Assembly (NCBI GenBank): GCA_046597055.1
Contig: JBKJLC010000242.1
Location: 1 to 47,119 of the forward strand
Direction: 5' to 3'
DNA: 47,119 nucleotides
Origin: Kofleriaceae bacterium
Lineage (GTDB): Bacteria; Myxococcota_A; Polyangia; Haliangiales; Haliangiaceae
Every line of letters begins with the position of its first letter. Within the stretch, counting starts at the first letter, position 1. The translations under genes and the position numbers were made by a program. Below the pieces are notes generated by a model. That model was not told where the DNA came from and made no database searches. It worked only from the letters and a program-made list of their open reading frames with translations. This document shows positions 1 to 10,221 of the stretch, piece by piece.

Positions 1-43
1 GCGACGCTGGACCTTTGCGATAAACCGAGTAGATTCGCGCGCC

Positions 44-1657
<1,614 letters not shown>

Positions 1658-1771
1658 CCTCGCCCCACAGCGCGAGCCGGGCGCGCACCGCGAGGGCCTA
1701 CCCGATGGCGCCCCGACGATCCTCCCGCCGCGCGCTGTACGCGGCCGTCGGGTTCGCTCAATGTTGACGCG

Positions 1772-2107
1772 GTGACCGTGCATCCCCCGCCGCCTCCTGG
1801 TGCCGAGCAACGCGCCCACCAACGCAAGGATGTGTTCGCCCAGGTCGAGCTCCGGCTCCCGCAGGAATCGGTCATGGTGGTCGCGGTGCTCAACCTGTCG
1901 CTCGGCGGCGCGTTCTTCGAGCTCGCGGAGCCCGGGCTGGTCAAGCCGGGCGATCGGGTGACCGTCCACCTCGCCGCCGGCGAGAAGGCCGCGGTGCAGG
2001 CCGCGCGCGTGGTCCGCATCGTCGAGGGTCCGACCCGCGGGTTCGCGGTGTCCTGGCTCGGCCGCACGCCCGAGACGCTCGCGGTGCTCTCGATCCTGAT
2101 GCGGTGA
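1772..2107 (+). CDS. Stand-alone PilZ-domain protein (c-di-GMP receptor-like)
   Basis: EQRAHQR (RxxxR) and NLSLGG (D/NxSxxG) PilZ motifs in a 111-aa ORF. Confidence 0.8.
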   Translation: MTVHPPPPPGAEQRAHQRKDVFAQVELRLPQESVMVVAVLNLSLGGAFFELAEPGLVKPGDRVTVHLAAGEKAAVQAARVVRIVEGPTRGFAVSWLGRTPETLAVLSILMR

Positions 2108-2114
2108 GCGCGCG

Positions 2115-2675
2115 ATGTCGACGCCGGTGTGGGTGTTCGGCTACGGCTCGCTGGTGTGGCGTCCCCGCTTCGGGTACGTCGATCGGCGCGCGGCGCGGGT
2201 GGTCGGCTGGCGGCGGCGGTTCTGGCAGGCGTCGACCGATCACCGCGGCACCCCGGGCGCGCCCGGGCGGGTGCTGACGGTCGTACCCGAGCCCGACGCC
2301 GCGCTGTGGGGCATGGCCTACCAGATCGCCGCCGACGTCTGGCCCGCGGTCGAGGCCGCGCTCGAGGTCCGCGAGCAGCAGGGCTACCAGCGGGTCGATC
2401 TCACCGTCGAGCTCGCCGACGGCGAGCGGGTCGCGGCGATCACCGGCGCCGCCCGGGCCCGGATGTACCTGGCGAGCCCGGACAACCCGCACTTCATCGG
2501 TCCCGAGCCGCTGGCCGCGACCGCCGCGATCGTCCGCCGCTCGCACGGACCGAGCGGCGACAACCCCAGCTACGTGCGCGAGCTGCAGCGGGCGCTGGCC
2601 GCGATGGAGATCACGGACGACGAGGTCGACGCGCTGGTCGCGCTGCTCGAGCCGTCTGCCAGTTCTCCTGGCTGA
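2115..2675 (+). CDS. chaC: ChaC-family gamma-glutamylcyclotransferase
   Basis: WVFGYGSLVW, RRFWQASTDHRGTPGAPGRVLT and GPSGDN motifs. Confidence 0.9.
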   Translation: MSTPVWVFGYGSLVWRPRFGYVDRRAARVVGWRRRFWQASTDHRGTPGAPGRVLTVVPEPDAALWGMAYQIAADVWPAVEAALEVREQQGYQRVDLTVELADGERVAAITGAARARMYLASPDNPHFIGPEPLAATAAIVRRSHGPSGDNPSYVRELQRALAAMEITDDEVDALVALLEPSASSPG

Positions 2676-2826
2676 CCGGGGTTCGTCGAGCTGACGCCCA
2701 CTTCCGCGCGGGTGACTTCGGTTCCGGGCGCCGCGGCGTGCTGCGATGACGGTGGGCGAACCGCGTGAAAACGGAGGCGGATCCACGACCGGGGCCATCC
2801 GTTGGGACGGACAGACATCCTTCATG

Positions 2827-2857
2827 TTGACACCCCCCGCATCCGTCGTGCTAGACA
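2827..2857 (+). promoter_or_regulatory. Putative sigma70 promoter of the cys operon
   Basis: TTGACA at 2827-2832 and TGn-TAGACA at 2849-2857. The 19-nt spacer is longer than consensus. Confidence 0.45.
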
Positions 2858-2879
2858 GATATCCAGGATGACGGATATC
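2858..2879. promoter_or_regulatory. Palindromic operator GATATCC-N8-GGATATC upstream of the cys operon
   Basis: Perfect 7-bp inverted repeat (2858-2864 / 2873-2879) directly downstream of the putative -10. Confidence 0.6.
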
Positions 2880-2926
2880 CTCCGGTACCTCTCGTCGAGC
2901 CTGACGGCCGGATTCCCGGTGTCGCG

Positions 2927-3688
2927 ATGACGGCCGCCGCGACCACGGTGGCGATCAGCGACGCCGAGCTGGCCGAGGCTGCGGTCGGCCTGGAGGCCGG
3001 CGACGCCGCCGCGACCCTGGCGTGGGCGGCGACGCGGTTCGCGCCGCGCATCGCGCTGGCGTCGAGCTTCGGTCCCGAGGATTGCGTGCTGATCGACCTG
3101 ATCGGGCGCCACCACCTGCCGATCGAGGTCTTCACGCTCGATACCGGCCTGTTCTTCGACGAGACCTACGCGCTGTGGCGCCGGCTCGAGGCGCGCTACG
3201 GGCTGATCGTGCGCTCGGTGCCGCCGCTGCAGACCGTCGACGAGCAGGCGGCCAGCCATGGCGCCGCGCTGTGGGAGCGCGCGCCCGACGGCTGCTGCAA
3301 GCTGCGCAAGGTCGAGCCGCTCGCGCGCGCGCTGGGCACGCTCGACGCCTGGGTCACCGGCATCCGCCGCGATCAGACCCCGGACCGCGCCGACGCCAAG
3401 CTGGTCGAGCGCGACCGCCGCCCCGGCCTCATCAAGCTCAACCCGCTCGCGGCCTGGACCAGCGACGACGTGTGGGCCCACCTGCGCGCCCACGACGTGC
3501 CGACCAACCCGCTGCACGACCAGGGTTATCCATCGATCGGCTGCACCCCGTGCACGTCGCCGGTCGCCGCCGGTGAAGATCCGCGCGGCGGTCGCTGGCG
3601 CGGCAGCGCGAAGACCGAGTGCGGCCTGCACGCCCTGCCCGACGGCCGGCTGGTGCCGGCCCGCCTGGTGCGCGAGGTCGGGAGCTGA
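2927..3688 (+). CDS. cysH: Adenylyl-sulfate (APS)/PAPS reductase, [4Fe-4S] APS-reductase type
   Basis: SSFGPED, LDTG, CCKLRKVEPL, YPSIGCTPCT and KTECGLH. The CC...CxxC ligand pattern indicates an APS reductase. Confidence 0.93.
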   Translation: MTAAATTVAISDAELAEAAVGLEAGDAAATLAWAATRFAPRIALASSFGPEDCVLIDLIGRHHLPIEVFTLDTGLFFDETYALWRRLEARYGLIVRSVPPLQTVDEQAASHGAALWERAPDGCCKLRKVEPLARALGTLDAWVTGIRRDQTPDRADAKLVERDRRPGLIKLNPLAAWTSDDVWAHLRAHDVPTNPLHDQGYPSIGCTPCTSPVAAGEDPRGGRWRGSAKTECGLHALPDGRLVPARLVREVGS

Positions 3689-3725
3689 TGATGCGCGCGG
3701 ACCCCGCCGTCGCCGCGAGGCACGC

Positions 3726-4298
3726 GTGAAGGTCTATCCGGTGTTCCTCCGGCTCGAGGGCGAGCCGGTGGTCGTGGTCGGCGCGGGTCCGGTCGCGGCC
3801 AGCAAGCTCGGCGGCCTGCTCGCGGCCGGCGCGGTGGTGACCGTGGTGGCGCCCGAGATCAGCGCCGGCTGCCGGCTGCCCGGGGTCATCCTGGTCGAGC
3901 GCGGCTTCGTCGCCAGCGATCTCGACCGCGCGCGGTTCGTGATCGCCGCCGCGCCGCCCGAGGTCAACCGCACGGTCGCGGTCGCGGCCGAGGCGCGCAA
4001 CCTGTTCGTCAACGCGGCCGACGACCTCGGCGCGGCCTCGGCGTTCCTCGGCGGCGTGGTCCGGCGTGGCGAGGTCACCGTCGCGATCTCGACCGGCGGC
4101 GCGGCCCCCGCGATCGCCGGGCTCTTGCGCGAGGCGCTCGACGCGGTGCTGCCCGCCGACCTCGATGCCTGGCTGGTCACCGCCCGCGCCCACCGCGATC
4201 GGTGGCGCCGCGACGGCACGCCGATGGCGCTGCGCCGTGACGACCTGCTCGACGCGCTGCTCGCCGCGCGCGCCGCCGCCCCGGGAGGATCTTCATGA
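3726..4298 (+). CDS. Precorrin-2 dehydrogenase / sirohydrochlorin ferrochelatase (CysG N-terminal half, Met8/SirC-like)
   Basis: YPVFLRLEG, VVVVGAGPVA (Rossmann fold), VNAADD and VAISTGGAAPA. GTG start at 3726 follows GAGG. Confidence 0.85.
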   Translation: MKVYPVFLRLEGEPVVVVGAGPVAASKLGGLLAAGAVVTVVAPEISAGCRLPGVILVERGFVASDLDRARFVIAAAPPEVNRTVAVAAEARNLFVNAADDLGAASAFLGGVVRRGEVTVAISTGGAAPAIAGLLREALDAVLPADLDAWLVTARAHRDRWRRDGTPMALRRDDLLDALLAARAAAPGGSS

Positions 4299-5107
4299 CG
4301 ATCACGTCGTCCAGCGCGTCCGGCCCGGCCGGCTTCGTCTCCCTGGTCGGGGCCGGCCCCGGCGATCCCGATCTGCTCACCCGGCGCGCGCTCGATCGCC
4401 TGACCCGCGCCGACCTGGTGCTCAACGACGCCCTGGTCCCGGCCGATCTGCTCGAGCTGGCGCCGCGCGCGCGCCGGTTCTTCGTCGGCAAGCGCGCCGG
4501 CCGTCACTCGATCGATCAGGACGGCATCCACGCCCTGATGATCCGCGCCGCCCGCCGTGGCCAGCGGGTCGTGCGCCTCAAGTGCGGCGATCCGTTCGTG
4601 CTCGGCCGCGGTGGCGAGGAGGCGCTCGCGCTGACCAGCGCCGGGATCGCGTTCGAGGTCGTGCCCGGGCTCAGCTCGGCGATCGCCGGGCCCGCGCTCG
4701 CCGGCATCCCGGTCACTCACCGCGGCATGGCCGCCGGGTTCGTCGTGGTCAGCGGCCACGCCGCCAGCGCGTACCGGCCGATCCTCGACGGCCTCACGCC
4801 CACCGCCGCGACGCTGGTCGTGCTGATGGGCGTGCGTGGTCGCAGCGAGCTGGCCAGCTATCTGATCGGTCGCGGCTGGTCGGCGGCGACGCCGGCCGCG
4901 CTGGTGCTGTCGGCATCGCACCAGTCGCAGGCGGCGTGGACCGGCACCCTCGCCGAGCTCGGCGCCGCGCCGATCGCCGACCCCGATGCCCCCGGTGTGC
5001 TCGTCATCGGCGAGGTGGTGTCGCTCGCCGCGACCCTCGCGCCTGCTCTCGTCGCCGCCCCCGCGGATGCCGCAACTCCCAGAGGTCACCATGTCCGCCA
5101 TGCCTGA
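4295..5107 (+). CDS. cobA: Uroporphyrinogen-III C-methyltransferase (SUMT)
   Basis: VSLVGAGPGDPDLLT, VVRLKCGDPFVLGRGGEE, VVPGLSS and GIPVTHRG. ATGA overlap with the upstream gene. Confidence 0.93.
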   Translation: MTITSSSASGPAGFVSLVGAGPGDPDLLTRRALDRLTRADLVLNDALVPADLLELAPRARRFFVGKRAGRHSIDQDGIHALMIRAARRGQRVVRLKCGDPFVLGRGGEEALALTSAGIAFEVVPGLSSAIAGPALAGIPVTHRGMAAGFVVVSGHAASAYRPILDGLTPTAATLVVLMGVRGRSELASYLIGRGWSAATPAALVLSASHQSQAAWTGTLAELGAAPIADPDAPGVLVIGEVVSLAATLAPALVAAPADAATPRGHHVRHA

Positions 5108-6845
5108 GGATCCGGTCGCGCTCCACCCCGATCGCCTCGACTTCGCCGACGAGCGCGACATCGACACCTTCGTCACCGCGCTCGAGCAGTTCGAGCAGGG
5201 CACGCTGACCGCCGACCAGTGGAAGAAGTTCCGCCGCCTGCGTGGCGTGTACGAGCAGCGCCAGGGCGGCCGCGCGATGATCCGCGCCAAGGTCCCCGGC
5301 GGCCAGCTCGGCGCGCGCCAGCTGCGCGCGGTCGCCGCCGCCGCCGAGCAGCACTCGGGCGGCATCGCCCACGTCACCACCCGCCAGTGCTTCCAGCTCC
5401 ACTTCGTCCCGCTTGGCGAGGTCGAGACCGCGCTGCGCACGCTCGCCGACGGTGGGCTCACCACCCGCGAGGCGTGCGGCGACTCGGTGCGCAACTTCAC
5501 GTGCTGCCCGCTGGCCGGCATCGCCGCCGACGAGCCGTTCGACGTGGCGCCTTACCTGTACGCGCTCACCCGCTTCTTCCTGCGCGGGCCGTGGTCGTCG
5601 AAGCTGCCGCGCAAGTTCAAGCCGTCGATCGGTGGCTGCTGCGGCACCGATTGCTCGCAGGCGTTCATCAACGACCTCGGGTTCCTGGCTCGCACCCAGG
5701 ACGGGCAGCCCGGCTTCAAGCTGCTCGCCGGCGGCGGGCTCAGCACGCTGCGCCGGTCTGCGATCACGGTCGAGGAGTTCATCCCGGCCGCCGAGATCCT
5801 CGAGGCCGCCGAGGCGCTGGTCCGCGTGTTCCATCACCACGGCAACCGCGACAACCGGGCCAAGGCCCGGCTCAAGTACGTCATCGATCGGGTCGGGCAC
5901 GAGGCGTTCCTCGCGCTCTACCAGGAGCAGCGCGCGCTGATCCGCGCCGAGGGCGGTCGGCCCTACACGCTCGAGCCGGTCGCGCCGCCCCGGCTGCCGA
6001 GCCGGCTGCCGCTGGCCGGCGATCCGGCGCCCGGCTTCGCCGCGTGGGCGGCGAGCACCGTGCGCCCGCAGAAGCAGGCCGGGTTCTCGACCGTGCGCGT
6101 CCGGGTGCCGCTGGGCGACCTCACCTCCGATCAGCTGCGCGCGCTCGCGACGCTGTGCGAGGCCCACGGCGACGGCGAGATCCGCACGACCAACGATCAG
6201 GACGTGTTGCTGCGCTGGATCACCGAGGACCGCCTGCCCCACGTGCACCGGGCCCTGCTGTCGGCCGGCCTCGGCGGCACCGGCGCCGGCACCATCGTCG
6301 ACGTCACCTCGTGCCCGGGCGGGACCAGCTGCCAGCTCGCGGTCACCCAGTCGCGGGGCGCGGCCCGGCTGCTCGGCGACTTCCTGCTCAGCCGTGCCGA
6401 CCTGGTCGCGCGGGCGCCCGACCTCTCGATCAAGATCTCGGGCTGCCCCAACTCGTGCGGCCAGCACCACATCGCCGGCATCGGCCTGCAGGGTGGCGTC
6501 CGCAAGGTCGGCGGCAAGGCGGTGCCGCAGTACCTGCTGCACGTCGGCGGCACCATCGACGGCACCGGCGCCCGCTTCGGGCGGCTGGTCGGCAAGATCC
6601 CGGCGCGTCGCCTGCCGATCGCGCTCGAGCGCCTGGTCGAGCTGGTCGCCCGCGAGCGCGGCGCCGACGAGCCCGCCAACGACGTGCTGGCCCGGATGAC
6701 GACCGAGACGATCGCGGCCACCCTGGCCGGGCTGACCGAGCTCACCGCTGCCGATGTCACCGCGGACGACTTCGTCGACCTCGACGATGGCGAGACCCGT
6801 CGGGTCGGCGAGCAGCTGCTCGACCTGAGCACGGTCGCCGCCTGA
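5091..6845 (+). CDS. Siroheme-[4Fe-4S] sulfite reductase (ferredoxin-type nitrite/sulfite reductase)
   Basis: TTRQCFQLH, CGDSVRN, LPRKFK, CPGGTSC and ISGCPNSCGQHH. Located in the cys/siroheme operon. Confidence 0.9.
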   Translation: MSAMPEDPVALHPDRLDFADERDIDTFVTALEQFEQGTLTADQWKKFRRLRGVYEQRQGGRAMIRAKVPGGQLGARQLRAVAAAAEQHSGGIAHVTTRQCFQLHFVPLGEVETALRTLADGGLTTREACGDSVRNFTCCPLAGIAADEPFDVAPYLYALTRFFLRGPWSSKLPRKFKPSIGGCCGTDCSQAFINDLGFLARTQDGQPGFKLLAGGGLSTLRRSAITVEEFIPAAEILEAAEALVRVFHHHGNRDNRAKARLKYVIDRVGHEAFLALYQEQRALIRAEGGRPYTLEPVAPPRLPSRLPLAGDPAPGFAAWAASTVRPQKQAGFSTVRVRVPLGDLTSDQLRALATLCEAHGDGEIRTTNDQDVLLRWITEDRLPHVHRALLSAGLGGTGAGTIVDVTSCPGGTSCQLAVTQSRGAARLLGDFLLSRADLVARAPDLSIKISGCPNSCGQHHIAGIGLQGGVRKVGGKAVPQYLLHVGGTIDGTGARFGRLVGKIPARRLPIALERLVELVARERGADEPANDVLARMTTETIAATLAGLTELTAADVTADDFVDLDDGETRRVGEQLLDLSTVAA

Positions 6846-6860
6846 CAAAGCCGCCGCGCG

Positions 6861-7655
6861 TCACAGCGACGCGGCGAGCCACAGCGCGGCGTGGCGAACG
6901 TTGCCGGTGTTGACCGGCCCGGCCAGCTTGGGCCAGCCGACCTCGACGCCGGCCCGCAGCCGCGACACCTGCACCGCAGCCCCGAGCACGAGCGGGATCT
7001 CGAGCTTCTCACCGAACCCGACCAGCTGGCCGCGTAGGCCGGTCTGCAGCCACGCCGCCGCCCGGCGCTGGCCGACGCCCAGCCACACCGGCGCGATCAA
7101 CGTGTCGCGGCTGCCGAGCTCGCGATGCCCGAGCGAGACCTGGACCTCGGGCTCGACCACCGCCCACCACCGGCCGCGGCCGGCGCGCGCCGACAGCCCG
7201 AGCCTCACCACCGGGCGCATCGGCCCGAGCCCGATCGCGCCGAGTCGCCCGAGCGCCGCGACCGCGAGCCCCTCGGTGTCGCGCAGGCGCCAGCGTGCAT
7301 CGAGCAGGCCGCCGGCGTAGGCTCGGCTGCACCGGTGGGAGCGATCGTCGTGACACCAGCCGCCGCCGCGATCGACGGTGCCCTGCGCGCGGGCGCTGTG
7401 CGACAGACCCAGGGTCAGCCCGGGCCGGGCGGCGATCGCCAGGTCGACGCCGGTCGCCCACGGGTCGCCGAGCTCGTCGGGGTTGATCCGGTAGGTCGTG
7501 AGCAGCAGCTCGTGGACCACCGCGACCTCGACCTGCCCGGTCGGCAGGACTCGCGCCCCGACCCAGCCGCCCGGCGCGCCCGCGGGCGCCCCGGCCCGCG
7601 CGAGGGTCGCGCTGGCGACCAGGACCGCCAGCGACAGCAGGGACCGCGCACGCAC
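6861..7655 (-). CDS. Secreted hypothetical protein, probable beta-barrel
   Basis: Signal peptide (VRARSLLSLAVLVASATLARA) followed by amphipathic beta-strands. GTG start chosen from the upstream TATGGT-N6. Confidence 0.6.
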   Translation of the reverse strand: MRARSLLSLAVLVASATLARAGAPAGAPGGWVGARVLPTGQVEVAVVHELLLTTYRINPDELGDPWATGVDLAIAARPGLTLGLSHSARAQGTVDRGGGWCHDDRSHRCSRAYAGGLLDARWRLRDTEGLAVAALGRLGAIGLGPMRPVVRLGLSARAGRGRWWAVVEPEVQVSLGHRELGSRDTLIAPVWLGVGQRRAAAWLQTGLRGQLVGFGEKLEIPLVLGAAVQVSRLRAGVEVGWPKLAGPVNTGNVRHAALWLAASL

Positions 7656-7706
7656 GCCGCGACCATACCTCTCCGCCGAGGCTGCGCGGGCCCCGGCGCG
7701 GCGGTC

Positions 7707-8435
7707 GTGCTGGCCGGGCTGCTGACCGGTTGCGCCGACCCGGTCTCGCAGCTGTCCGAGGTCTACTACCGCGGCCCCGGCGAGCGCGTGCTGTGCGCGG
7801 TCAGCATCGATCGCAAGAGCACCGATCTCGCCAGCATCGCCACCGGGCTCGACCGCGCGCGCGACGATGGCCTGGTGGTCCAGCTCTACGGCCACATCCC
7901 GGACGTCACCGTGCCGGTCGCCACCCTCGAGGCGATCCTGGCCGGCGCGCGCGAGCGCGGCCTCGACTCGTTCACCTACGACGACTTCGCGGCCGGGGTG
8001 CCCGCGGCGCCCGGCCTGGCGCTGTCGTTCGACGACGCCGCGATCGAGGCGTGGGCGTCGATCGCCGACCTGCTCGACCGCTACCAGACCCGCGTGACCT
8101 TCTTCGTGACTCGCTATCACCTGTTCAGTGACGCCCAGCGCGGGCTGCTACGCGACCTCGCCGATCGCGGCCACGCGATCGCCGGCCACTCGGTGAATCA
8201 CCTGCGCGCGCCCGATTACGCCGAGTACCACGGCCTCGCCGGCTACCTGGTTGACGAGGTCCGTCCCGGCATCGACGCGCTGCGCGCCGACGGCCACGCG
8301 CCGGTCGCGTTCGCGTATCCCTATGGCGCGCGTACCCGCGAGCTCGACCGCACGCTGCTCGAAGAGGTCGCGATCGTGCGCGCGGTCAGCTTCAGCCGCG
8401 ATGGCCTGCTGGTCAGCGATCCGTGTCCCGACTGA
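7707..8435 (+). CDS. Polysaccharide deacetylase (CE4/NodB) lipoprotein; start uncertain
   Basis: LSFDD, TFFV, GHSVNH and FAYPYG motifs; LTGC lipobox. No nearby ATG. Confidence 0.8.
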   Translation: MLAGLLTGCADPVSQLSEVYYRGPGERVLCAVSIDRKSTDLASIATGLDRARDDGLVVQLYGHIPDVTVPVATLEAILAGARERGLDSFTYDDFAAGVPAAPGLALSFDDAAIEAWASIADLLDRYQTRVTFFVTRYHLFSDAQRGLLRDLADRGHAIAGHSVNHLRAPDYAEYHGLAGYLVDEVRPGIDALRADGHAPVAFAYPYGARTRELDRTLLEEVAIVRAVSFSRDGLLVSDPCPD

Positions 8436-8441
8436 TCGCGA

Positions 8442-9029
8442 TCACTCGAACGCGGTGAAGTCGAGCGTCACCTGCAGGTCGGCGTCGGCGCCCTTGCTCT
8501 GGAAGCTGGTGGCGGCCGCGCCGCGGATCGCGACCTTGAAGCTGCCCGCGACCAGGTGATCGTAGTCGGCGGCGGACAGGGCGTCGCTGTCGAAGTCGAC
8601 GCCGAAGGCCAAGGGGCCGGCGCCGGCCTGGCTGCCGACCGTCAAGCTGGCGACCGGCACCGAGTTACCGGTGTCGCCCATGACGAAGAGGACGTCGACC
8701 GGTCCCGCGAAGATCTCCTCGAGCGTGGTCACCCCGGTCGAGCCCGCGCCCAGCAGCAACTCGACGCGATCGACCTCGATGTGGCCGGGCTCGGCGCCGT
8801 CGAGGCGCGCCCGCGCGTTGTTGACGAAGGCGCCGTAGGGGTTGCCCGACTCGGTCGTGATGTTCTTGTCATCGGTCACCGCGGCGTTCACCACGTCCGC
8901 CGACTTCGCCTTGAGGCTGATGCCCACCGGCTCCGAGTACGAGACCGGATCGTCGCCACAAGCGGACAGGGGCGCGAGCGCCGCAAGCGCCGCGAGCGCC
9001 CATGAGCGTGAGTTCTTCGATAGGGTCAT
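8442..9029 (-). CDS. Hypothetical lipoprotein
   Basis: Lipobox LSAC after a hydrophobic leader; beta-rich body; typical codon bias. Confidence 0.8.
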   Translation of the reverse strand: MTLSKNSRSWALAALAALAPLSACGDDPVSYSEPVGISLKAKSADVVNAAVTDDKNITTESGNPYGAFVNNARARLDGAEPGHIEVDRVELLLGAGSTGVTTLEEIFAGPVDVLFVMGDTGNSVPVASLTVGSQAGAGPLAFGVDFDSDALSAADYDHLVAGSFKVAIRGAAATSFQSKGADADLQVTLDFTAFE

Positions 9030-9035
9030 GAAGAA

Positions 9036-9067
9036 GTTAGTGTAACCGGGGCTGCCCGAAGTCGCAG
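9036..9067 (-). promoter_or_regulatory. Putative ECF-sigma promoter copy 1 (CTGCGAC-N18-CACTAAC)
   Basis: Lies 6 nt upstream of ATG 9029. The same motif precedes the ECF sigma gene. Confidence 0.6.
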
Positions 9068-9173
9068 CCTGTGGCCACGATCACGAGCATCTGCACGTCA
9101 GTGCGCGCCCTACCCGGGACGCTACCGGGCGGCGATCACTGTCCTCTCGCCGAGAGTCCGGTAGGCTTGTCGC

Positions 9174-10160
9174 GTGCTCGCGCGTGTCGTCACTCCCGCG
9201 CTGATGGTCGGGTTGTGCGCGATGGGCGCGCGCGCGGCCAGCGCCGAAACGATCGTGCTGATCGCGCCGCCGCCGGCGCTCACGACCGCGGTGCGCACCT
9301 CGCTCGCGCCGTGGCGGATCGACGTGGTCGTGGTTGCCAGGACTGCCGGCGCGCCCGAGGCGCTGGCCGCGGCCCAGCAAGCCGGCTTCGTCGCGTGGCG
9401 CGAGGGCGACGACCTGGTCTTCTGGGACACCGCGCGCTCGCAGTACGAGCGCCGGCCGATGGCGACCGAGCTCGACGAGGCCAGCGCGGCCGCGCTCGCG
9501 CTGTCGATCAAGACGTGGATGCGGCTGGGCCCCCCGCCGACCGCACCCAACGCGGCCGCGACGTCGCCGACCGCGGCGCTCGCGGTGGTGGCCACGCCGA
9601 CCGCACCGTCCGACCCGGGCGGCCGCGCGACCCCCGACCCGATCGCGACGGCGCGCCCGCGCTGGCGAGTCGAGATCGCCGGGGGCGCCCGCGCCAACAT
9701 CGGCGACCAGGGTGGCGCCGCGCTCCGGCTCGGCGTCACCGGCCTGGTGCGGGCCGGGCCCTTCGACGTCGGCCTCGCGCTCGAGCTGGGCCCGGGCCAG
9801 ACCGTCGCCATGGACGCCGCGAGCGGCAGCTGGACGGCAACCACGATCGCGGCGCAGGGCCGCTGGCCGCTGGCGATCACGCCTGCGATCACGGTGGCAC
9901 CCGCGGCCGGCCTCGCGCTCGTCCAGGTGAAGTACCAGGGGATCTTCGGACAGCAGCAGGCCTTCGCGGCCAGCGCGACGACGCTCGGGCTCGACGGCAG
10001 CCTCCACGCCGAGTGGCGGCGGTCGGGCTTCGTCGCCGGCGTCGAGCTCGGGTTGTCGGTGCTCCCGTTCGATCAGCGCCTGCGCGATCGCGCGGTCTCG
10101 GTGGAGGTGTCCACCCACATCGAACCCCGTGCGATGCTGCGCGCGGGGCTGACGCTGTGA
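9174..10160 (+). CDS. Exported hypothetical protein with Pro/Thr linker and C-terminal beta-barrel-like domain
   Basis: Signal peptide, PT-rich linker and alternating hydrophobic strands. Directly upstream of the ECF sigma. Confidence 0.65.
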   Translation: MLARVVTPALMVGLCAMGARAASAETIVLIAPPPALTTAVRTSLAPWRIDVVVVARTAGAPEALAAAQQAGFVAWREGDDLVFWDTARSQYERRPMATELDEASAAALALSIKTWMRLGPPPTAPNAAATSPTAALAVVATPTAPSDPGGRATPDPIATARPRWRVEIAGGARANIGDQGGAALRLGVTGLVRAGPFDVGLALELGPGQTVAMDAASGSWTATTIAAQGRWPLAITPAITVAPAAGLALVQVKYQGIFGQQQAFAASATTLGLDGSLHAEWRRSGFVAGVELGLSVLPFDQRLRDRAVSVEVSTHIEPRAMLRAGLTL

Positions 10161-10185
10161 CGGGTTTCCGCCACTTGCGACTCTT

Positions 10186-10216
10186 CTGCGACGTTCTCGA
10201 CCCGGTCGCCACTAAC
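10186..10216 (+). promoter_or_regulatory. Putative ECF-sigma autoregulatory promoter copy 2 (CTGCGAC-N17-CACTAAC)
   Basis: Lies 5-8 nt upstream of GTG/ATG 10222/10225 and matches the motif at 9036-9067. Confidence 0.6.
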
Positions 10217-10221
10217 GAACC

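Noticed and set aside
2676..2926. Possible SAM riboswitch upstream of the sulfur genes
   Set aside because: The conserved SAM-I core elements (AUC-AGAG, GCAACC) are not present in order. A promoter plus operator explains the region.
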